In this document: piece after piece, positions 55,296 through 64,000 of the stretch
Layout of the letters: the number at the start of each line of letters is the position of its first letter
How positions within the stretch are numbered: position 1 is the first letter of the stretch
Source of the DNA: Spizellomyces punctatus DAOM BR117
Taxonomy: Eukaryota
Length of the DNA stretch: 64,000 nt
Direction: 5' to 3' (one strand)
Assembly: GCA_000182565.2 (NCBI GenBank)
Contig: KQ257452.1
Position numbers and translations under genes: made by a program
Notes under the pieces: generated by a model
Database searches by the model: none
Told to the model about the DNA's origin: nothing
Seen by the model: the letters and a program-made list of their open reading frames with translations, nothing else

Positions 55296-58007
55296 ATGGC
55301 AAAGTTACATGGACTTGCAAGAACACTCCGCAAGTCGTCCACTAGTGCAGCCATATTGACACTGGATATGACCCAAAGCGTATCGGGGCTCTATTCGGGC
55401 GCTTCAAAGACCTCAGCAAACGTTCCTGTCACCCTTCGGCCATATCAAATTGATTGCATAGAGAAAAGTCTTGATATGCTGGAGAAGGGAACTAAGAGAC
55501 AGGCATGTGCATATATTTATGTCGGCGGACCCGGTTTGGCTTTGTTTACCGAATAAATCTTGGTGACCATTTAGGTAGCCAGCCTTCCTGTCGGAAGTGG
55601 CAAAACAGTACGTTGGACTCTGCAACGCTGGTACACTCACCATGTTCTGATGTATGTCGTTGATCAATCAGACGATATTTTCACACCTTGTTCCCCGTAT
55701 TCCGGCACCAAATCCCAAAGCAACAAAAACTCTATTGTTAGCACACCGTACAGAGCTGATTCAGCAAGCGAAAGACACTTTGAAATCCAGCAATCCCCAG
55801 CTGGTGAGAATCTCCTTTCCACCTCTGATCATCGATTCTGGATTGACATTTGCTCAAATCAGAAAGTGGATTTAGACGAAGCAAAGCGTACTGCGGATAT
55901 GGATTCCGACGTTATTATTGCCTCAGTAGCCACCCTTGGTAGATCCGAAACTAATGGCGGGAAGTCAAAACGGCTACTTCGATACGATCCGTCGCTTTTC
56001 AAAGCGATCATCATAGGTTGGCATTTAGGTCTTTCGCGAATAAGTGACGCTTCTAATTTCTGTATCACTCATAGATGAGGTGTGTCCCCCCATGGACTGT
56101 ATACTCACCAGAATGCTTATTAAACTCCTTGGTTCTTGGCCATTTGCGAAGCAAAGGCTCACCATGCCGCCGCACGTTCATATCAACGGATCCTCGAGCA
56201 TTTTGGTGCTCACAAGTCGGAGACGAACGTTTTTGTGTGGGGATGCTCAGCAACTGTGCGCAGGCACGACGGGCTGGGACTAACGAACGCATTTGATGGT
56301 GTTGTCTGCCATCGGGATATAATAGATATGATAAACGAAGGCTGGTAAGAAAAGGTCTTTTCAGACTTCCTGAGCAAGTTTATTGGACACTTTTGCAATA
56401 ATAGGTTATGTGACATGAAGGTGGAGAGCGTTTCAACTGACACTAGCCTGGATGGTATCGCGACCGGCTATGGGGATTTCGTAGTGAACCAATTAGCTGA
56501 AAAGGTGGATAACCCCGCCCGAAACAACTTGGTCGTACGACAGTACATAAATGTGAGAGGTAAGCGCTCAACCATGCTGAACCCCTTCCGAAAACAAGCC
56601 CATACCCTTCCCTTTTGTAGACAACGAGAATAGACGCTCGACTCTGGTCTTTGCTGCAAACGTACAGCATGTGAAGAATTTGGAGCGCTTATTCCAGGAG
56701 TCTGGGATAAATGCAAAAGGAGTGCATGGGGGCACACCGGCATTCGAACGACGTAACCTAATGCAAGACTTCAAGGCCCAGAAATTTCCTGTCCTTATCA
56801 ATTGCGGTTGGTAAGGGTGTATTGTCAAGTGCTCAGTATGTGAAAGGTTAATACATAGTTCAGGAATCGTCACTGAGGGAGTGGACATACCTGCAATCGA
56901 TTGCGTCATCCTAGCCCGTCCGACTCAATCCTCGGTACTTTTACAGCAAATGCTTGGGCGGGGTCTTAGAACATATCCAGGTATCTTTGATACGGGCTTG
57001 TAGTACGCACGGTTCTTAGAAATCCACTAATAAACTTAATAGGCAAGACTCACTGCCTTGTCATCGATATGGCTGACGTGATGAGTAGTCGTGCACGCAT
57101 GGCTACGGTTCCTTCACTCATCGGTCTTGATCCGGCCTTTGACTTGGAAGGTGCGACAAACGGATCCACTCCAATGTGTGCTTACAGACACGCTCACATC
57201 TTCTTTGATGACAGGACTTAGCCTAAAAGAAGCTGTCCCGAAGTTGCAAAAATGGCGGAAAGACGTACCGAGCATACTTGACAAAGCCACAAGTTTCTCA
57301 GAAGCACAGGAACTCGCCCGGATGCAAAACAAGGACCCTACCGAACTTTGGTACAAGCCATTTGACAACCCATTTGACGTTGCAAACTTGGATGAGGAGG
57401 CTTGGGAATTGAATCAGCTCTCAAGGCACGCATGGGTACGGGTTGGCCCAAAAGAATGTGCCTTGGCATTTCCCCAAAAATATTACATTGTAATATCACA
57501 GAAAAAAAATGGTAATACTTCTAAGGGAATGCCGCGCGGGAAATTGCTTGCTGATTAACAAACAACGGTAACTCAGGCCAAAATTTCCAAGCTGTTAAAC
57601 ACCACACAAGGGTGCTGGTAGGAAAGGGGAAAGGTGGAGGACCCCTTTTCGTGACAAGGAAGGATCTGATATTAGAACATGACACTCTCTCCTACGCCAT
57701 ACGTGCTACGGACACATACGTCAGGCGTATGAGGTTGAGCAAGTGTGTCCTTCGGACTGCAGATTGGAGAAAAAAACCGGCCTCCGCAGCCCAGATCCAA
57801 GTATTGAAGAAGTTCAAGATCCAGGCTCCGAAGAAAGGGTGGCGGACAATCACGAAGGGACAAGCCGCGGACCTGATCACCCGGCGGAGACTTGGTGGAC
57901 TGGGGAAATCTGAGGATGTTATTCGAAAGAGGCGAAAGGAAGAAAAAGCGAAGCAGCGCCTTGACCCGTTACATGGTGTAGTGGATACCGTGTCTAAAAG
58001 CTTTTAG
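55296..58007 (+). CDS. IRC3: Irc3-like mitochondrial SF2 DExH helicase; many introns
   Basis: [74 protein letters not shown]; start approximate. Confidence 0.88.
56075..56079 (+). other. 5-nt microexon ATGAG completing D-E of the DEAH (Walker B) motif
   Basis: ATA G|GT(56017)...TAG(56074)|AT GAG|GT(56080)...AAG(56156)|GCT CAC CAT gives IIIDEAHH. Confidence 0.85.
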
Positions 58008-58163
58008 TAGAGATCATTATTGGGATGGGTATTTTGATGTGTAGATATTTTGTATCATAATATGGGCTTGTTGCATATATCTTCTAAGCTGCTAAATAAA
58101 AGCGATAGTTGATAGCAGTTATATTCACATAACACGCACACAAAGCCAACACACTCTATCCTC

Positions 58164-59490
58164 TCACTTTGCCCGCATGGTGCGGATGGAGTTGAGAATC
58201 ACATCTGCAAAGTAAACAACAGAGTCAGTCGTCACGTTCCAGCAATTCAAGCAAAGAGATGCTAAATAACCATACCATCCAGAAGGCTTCTCGCCAACGT
58301 CAGTCTGTCCAGGTTCTTCTGCACTTCTCCCGTGAGCCATGGCAAGAACTGGGAGTCCACCTCTCTCTCTACAGCGTCGTAAAAGTATCCGGAAGTCGTG
58401 AGCGACTGGAACACACTGGGCACCAAATTTTGCAGATAGCTTTGAGCAAAAGCCCTTGCGGCAATCTTTTCGGCCACTTCTTGCTTTTCTTTGAGTATTT
58501 TGATTTGCTCTGCTAGTCGTCGTTCTTTTTCTTCTGTTCGTCGGCGTTCAGCGTCCTCAAGGCGTTGAACTTCAGCCAATTCGGCGTTGCGGCGTTCTTC
58601 GAAATCAATCTTATCGAATGGACAAAGTGTGAATTTCGCGTAAAGTAGCTCGTGCAATGTAGATGAAATACCATACCTGATGTCTTTTGAGCATCTCCAA
58701 CTCCTCCTCCTCGTGCACCTCCATCAAAGCCTGCTCAATTGTTTTCCCGACCAAGACTTCCAAAATAGGTTGCACCTCATAGTCAAAATCAAACAGTTCT
58801 CCCTCGTACACCTGCGTCGCGACATCCATTCCGCTTTTCTGCGGTATGTACAAAGGACTTGGTGCACGGTCCAAGAAGGCGTCGGTCTGGGTGGCAGCAT
58901 ACGCCTCGGGGACCTTGTCGCTGAGTTCTTCGAGATATAAATCTGTTTGAATGTCCATGTGTTTTCGGCCGGGAACGGGTTCGGGGGTACGAGTACGGCG
59001 CTGGGCTTCCGCTCGCTTTTTGGCACGGAGCCGGCGTTTGAGGTCATTTTGACGTTCGATTTCGACGGGATCGGGTTGATTACGCTGTTATAAGTAGGAA
59101 TTGATGACTAGAGTTTAATTTCATATTCCTTTGCTTGTTTTCTCTTGAACCGTTACTTTGCTTGGCACACTGTTTTCTTACCAGAGGAAGCGTTGGAGCG
59201 GCATATGTGCTTCCTCGGTGGATGCGGCGATCGTACATAATGTTTACCGCACTGCCAAAATTGTCATGAGGTCGCTGACATTACTACACAAATGACCCGC
59301 TCGTAATAGCTTAAACTCACGATGGCCTTTCTTCAATCTCACTTGGTTCTCGGTACTTTTTCCTGGCTGCTTGGACGGCCCGGGGCTCAGATGCAAAGGA
59401 ATAAGCCCCACCATCCTGTTGTCTGATGGCAGTCTGAGTTTGGCCCCCTCTGGAGAGAGGAGGCGGTACGGCCGATTCTGTAGCTAACAT
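58164..59490 (-). CDS. RSPH3: Flagellar radial spoke protein 3
   Basis: YSFASEPRAV, NIMYDRRIHRGSTYA, TPEPVPGRKHMDIQTDLYLEEL, TQTDAFLDR, ELFDFDYEVQPILEVLVGKTIEQALMEV. Confidence 0.95.
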
Positions 59491-59741
59491 GGACAAGAAA
59501 GCTGTTGGTGAATGGCAGCAACAGTCTTGCAAACGATCTGAAATGGTACACAGTTGAAATGTCGGTGCTGAGATAATTAAAATCTATTCGGTTATGTAAG
59601 CAACTAATCCAGGTCCAACGACCAACTGCGCGATGAGAAGCCCTGTGAGCTCCGTACCCTGAACCCTCACACACCCACCTATATAAACATTGAATCCTAG
59701 TTAGGGCGGACATCTACCCTCCCCTTACGTCACTGACTACT

Positions 59742-60686
59742 CTACGCAGATGCTGCGGGTTGGCCTCGTCCCACCGTTGGCAGACGCAGGCCATCCGTTC
59801 TCAACTTATCCCACAAACCGTAAGAGCCCACTACACTAGCGAGTATGGAACCTGTCAAAAATGCAGGTCGCAGACCAGCTTTAAAATGCAGAATACGAGT
59901 TAGTTTCCTACACGTCGGTAACACACGTGTACCAAAGCAAGCGTTACCTGTCGACTTGAAGATGAATCCAGACGTAAACGCAGCAGAAATATGGTTGATA
60001 TAGTCAGATTCTCCTCTTATCATCTCAAAGGCGTTGTCAAGTAGTGCCCATCCCATTGCTGTAAATGAAAATATTTAGCAACTTTTGCGTGTATAGGTAC
60101 CAATCTGCACGCCGAGTACTTACTCAGAATGCCCATAGAGTTTGCCGCCCATGGACCATAACGTGTGGTCTGATTGAGTACACTGTTCATTCTAACCTTG
60201 AATGTTGGTACCTGTGCGGTACGCAAACCTCTCAAGGCACCGTATACACCTCCCCCAGATAGACCTGCATTGCGACATTAGGACGAGTTCAGAATCTGGC
60301 CAAATAGCAACGTCTTACATACCACCCAGATATGCGGTTCCAACACCATACAAGAGTTTATCATAGTTTGTTCTCATTGGCAGCGGACCAAAGGTTCCTG
60401 TTTGGCGTTCCGTCGGCGGAAGTCCGAAAGGGTTGTCCGCCAAGTACAGCAGCTCAACGTCGTCTTGTGGGACGGGTGCAAGCTTCTGCTTTACATTGTT
60501 AAGGTCTGGGCCTGCTGAACCAAGGTCTGCCAGCATGTCGGAAACGGTTATTGCTTGCATGGAGGAAGATTGGGAAGGGTAGGAGTGAGGAAGGTCGGAT
60601 GTGGTTGCTGTGCTGGACACGTCGGTGGAAGAAGTGGGAGTGGGCTCTGAAGCCTGTTGTCCACCGAAACCAAACCAAGAAGGCAT
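59742..60686 (-). CDS. TIM23: Mitochondrial inner membrane translocase Tim23
   Basis: DKLLYGVGTAYLGG, KVRMNSVLNQTTRYGPWAANSMGIL, RGESDYINHISAAFTSGFIFKST. Confidence 0.9.
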
Positions 60687-61025
60687 GATGATGAACGAGT
60701 CTTGTGCGTTTGAAGCAGATGAAAAAAACAAAACAAAAAGTCGGAGCTGCGAAAACTGCTTTGAAAGTCGAATGGAAAATCGCCCTGCACGTGAGTCATC
60801 AAATGTCCCCGCGTTTCCACTGGCAACCGATCACTTACTTCGGACGCTACCTTTTGGGGAGATCAACGGCGGGTTTCTGCTCATCTGCGAGGACCTTTTG
60901 GGAGCTATCCCCAGGTACGTGACGAGAAGGAAAGCAAGGAGCAACGCCCAACCGAGATTTGGACTGATCTTGCCGGGATGGCTTGGCCAATTTAGTTGTA
61001 GAGGCCCGCGCTGCCGATTGCAACA

Positions 61026-63042
61026 ATGTCGTCGCAGGGCGAGAATGCAGAAGCAGCCACTGGCATGCAAGCCAATGATACCACAACCCCAACTTCAGAA
61101 TCTCGCGATCCAGCCTACTTTCATTACTATGCCCAATTCGTACACCAGCAAAACATGTTGCAAGACAATGTCCGAACATCCGCTTATCATTCGGCAATAA
61201 TTGTGAACGGACCTACCATGTTCAGAGACAAGGATGTACTGGATGTCGGGGCGGGAAGTGGTTCGTTTTGAAGATGTATTTAAAGAATGATCAAGCAGTG
61301 TACTTACGACACTCGGCGTGGACCCAGGCATCTTGTCCTATTTCGCAGTTCAAGCGGGCGCCAAAAAAGTGTATGCCGTTGAAGCTAGTTCGATGGCTCA
61401 GAAGATTCGAAAAATGGTTGATACGTCGGAAACAAAGAACCCATGGATGAAAGACAAGATCGAAGTCATCTCATGTAGGTGCAAGATCGTATGACTTGGA
61501 ATCCGGGTGTGAAAAGATCTCGGGGAGGGTTGATCTGGCTCTGTTCGTTGACCAACGCAAAAGATGAATCCTGTTTTTGTATGTGCGCATTCGATAGCCA
61601 AGCTCGAAGATGCGGAACTGCCCCAGGTTGACACTTTGATTAGCGAGCCAATTGGCGTATTACTCGTTCACGAACGCATGATCGAGTCTTACTTGCTGGC
61701 GCGAGATCGCTTTTTGAAACCGGGCGGAGCAATGGTGCCATCGGCGGGAACGATCTACCTTGCACCTTTCACTGATGCCACTTTGTGGACACAAACCATG
61801 TCAAAAGGTACTTTGAGTGTGTTCGATTTTGATGGTAGATCTCTTGTATCTTAACAGATTGCTTTCTAGTCCGATTTTGGGAGCAGGTAACGCAGCACGT
61901 CATCTGCATCTTTTAATCGCGTCCGATTATGGTGTGTGAACCCCATGATTCTTCATAGTCAAATTTTTACGGGGTAGATTTCAGTCCCCTCAGCAGCGAA
62001 GCAAAGGATGAGATCTTTGGACAGGTACTTTGACAAGTCGTTTGAGACTGGCAAGTTTCTCTTAATGATTTATTCAATTGTCATTCCAGCCTGTAGTAGG
62101 AAACTTTGATCACCGCATATTATTGGCCCCACCTGTTTCGCACCATGGTAGGTTGATAGCTTTTTCTAGTCGAAATTACCACCTGCGTAACCATGCTATT
62201 CATCCAGTTGATTTTCAAACCATATCCGTGCCGGAGCTGCAAGACATAGTGATACCTTTTACTTGGAAAGTTCCTTTCACCGGTAAATGTCATCGAGCTT
62301 GATAAATCACCGAGTCATTACTAATATCGGCTTTACAGGTCTCATCCATGGAATTGCTGGATGGTTTGACATTAATCTTGGTGGACTGATCTTGACAACT
62401 GCACCACATGCGGAGCGAACACATTGGCAGCAGGTCCGGTTTCTTCTGAAAGGTAACCCACACTATGCTAGGGATGGCGAAACTGGACTGTACTGACCAC
62501 ATATAATGTCCTATTCAGAACCTGTCGCTGTAAATGCATACCAAACCATAAAAGGTTGGATGCGACTAACGGTGAACACATCTAGATCATATGATGTTAT
62601 TGCTGAGCTAGCATTGGGTGAAGATGCCCAGCTGTCCGATCCACGAACATCATCTGCCGAGAGAGTTGCAGACCTACGACTCACGCCAGCTGGGGCTGGA
62701 GCGCGGCGAGGACAGTGGGCTTTGCACGAGCAGACATATATGTATGATCAAGGATTAGACTACTCCAAGGTATGTGTGCATGACGTTGAAGAGTTTGGAA
62801 ATTTAATTCATTTTCTGTTATCTTTGCAGCCAGAGTTCTTGGCCATGTATTCACCAGAAAACGCGAGTACCGAAGCAGGAAACGTGCTAGGTTTGACTAC
62901 AGACCCATTAAGCGGTCTGAATGCCGGTGGTGTAGCGACTCCTGGTCTTGGATGGGCAGATAGTGGACTAGAGAGCTTACTTGATCCAGCTATGGAAATC
63001 GAGACTGGAGAGGGGGCGGGGGCCGATATGGCTGATCTTTGA
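61026..63042 (+). CDS. CARM1: CARM1/PRMT4-type protein arginine methyltransferase
   Basis: YFHYYAQFVHQQNMLQD, VLDVGAGSGILS, ISEPIGVLLVHERM, IYLAPFTD, FWEQSNFYGVDF, QPVVG, THWQQVRFLL. Confidence 0.88.
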
Positions 63043-63255
63043 GAATAGGGGAGGCTAGTCGAATGGCAAAGCGACTGAAGGGACTCGTGAAAGTGCGTGG
63101 TCGCATCGTATAAATAGGATCTCTGAGGATATTGACAAACTTGACACAAAGAACAGTGCATAATATTTACGTTTTTGACTATTAAGTTAAAGACCCCATC
63201 TACAGAATTACAGCTTTGGTTTATGATATACTACATTTAAACAGATACTGCTCGG

Positions 63256-64000
63256 TTACACTTGACGGCCAATGACTTCCACTTGAAAACCAATGTTTTG
63301 CAGTTTCTTGGTATCAAGGAACAAGCGTCCGTCGAAGATGAAGGCGGGTTTGTGCATGTTATTGTAAACTCTTTGGTAATCCAGAGTCTTGAACTCGTCC
63401 CATTCGGTCAGGACGACAATAGCATCTGCATTTTTAGCGGCTTCGTAGGGATCGTGGAAGATGGTCACGCTTTTCTTGTCTGAGGGGAAAAATACCACAG
63501 ATTGTAGTCAGCACTCTGGTATGCCTGATGCACGGAATACAAAAAGTATCATGTAACTTACATTGCTCGGGGGTAGCGATTCCCGGTTCGCACAGATCCA
63601 TCTCAATCTGCGCGTCCTCTACTTTCGGATCATAAATATGGATATTGGCCTTCTCCTGAATAAAATGCTTGACGAGAGTAATAGCAGCGGACTCCCGTGT
63701 ATCGCCGGTATTCTTTTTGAATGCAAAACCAAACACTGCCAAGTTTTTGTTTGTAAGGGTATTAAAGAGGCGCTTGACGATGCGTTCGAGGAAGCGAGAT
63801 TTCTGGTACTCATTCATGGTGACCACTTGCTTCCAATATTCGGCAACTTCAGGGAGGTGCAAGCTTTCACTGAGGTAGACAAGGTTAAGGATGTCTTTTT
63901 GGAAACAGCTTCCTCCGAAGCCTACAGAGGCTTTGAGGAATTTGGGGCCGATACGAGAATCGAGACCGCATGCGTAAGCAACCTCATCCACGTCTGCCCC
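63256..64000 (-). CDS. UGDH: UDP-glucose 6-dehydrogenase, 3' part (5' end outside the window)
   Basis: [46 protein letters not shown]. Confidence 0.96.

Noticed and set aside
59591-59604. X-box-like GTTATGTAAGCAAC upstream of RSPH3 (and TAGCAAC at about 32470 before CFAP251)
   Set aside because: Only one half-site matches; not enough to claim RFX control of the flagellar genes.

Overview
Compact, intron-rich eukaryotic DNA with about 26 protein-coding genes, mostly 55-80 nt GT-AG introns and short intergenic gaps. The mix of fungal housekeeping genes, flagellar genes (CFAP251, RSPH3) and genes lost in most Dikarya points to a zoosporic, chytrid-like fungus (inference). Order: Zn-finger/GNAT fusion(-), dienelactone hydrolase(+), RNA pol I RPA2(+), BRAT1-like(-), SKA3-like(+), GH15 glucoamylase(-), orphan disordered protein(+), Pcl/Pho80-type cyclin(+), BRSK/Gin4-type kinase(-), ketohexokinase-like(+), gephyrin/CnxE(-), class A GPCR(+), F-box/LRR(+), CFAP251(+), unknown membrane protein(-), Bub2/Cdc16(+), PLP decarboxylase(-), Vts1/Smaug(-), ATRIP-like(+), ELYS(-), ZFPL1(-), Irc3 helicase(+), RSPH3(-), Tim23(-), CARM1(+), UGDH(-, partial). 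No rRNA, tRNA, CRISPR or intact mobile element was recognised. The most interesting items are: a spliced multi-CxxC zinc-finger/GNAT acetyltransferase that the ORF track splits in two; a BRAT1 homologue with a C-terminal ECYDC tail; a non-opsin class A GPCR with intact Na+-pocket residues; a 5-nt microexon carrying a helicase's catalytic Asp-Glu; a Crt1/RFX X-box upstream of ATRIP; and GC-AG introns. Gene models were spliced by eye, families were recognised from remembered motifs rather than database searches, and several start codons are approximate.
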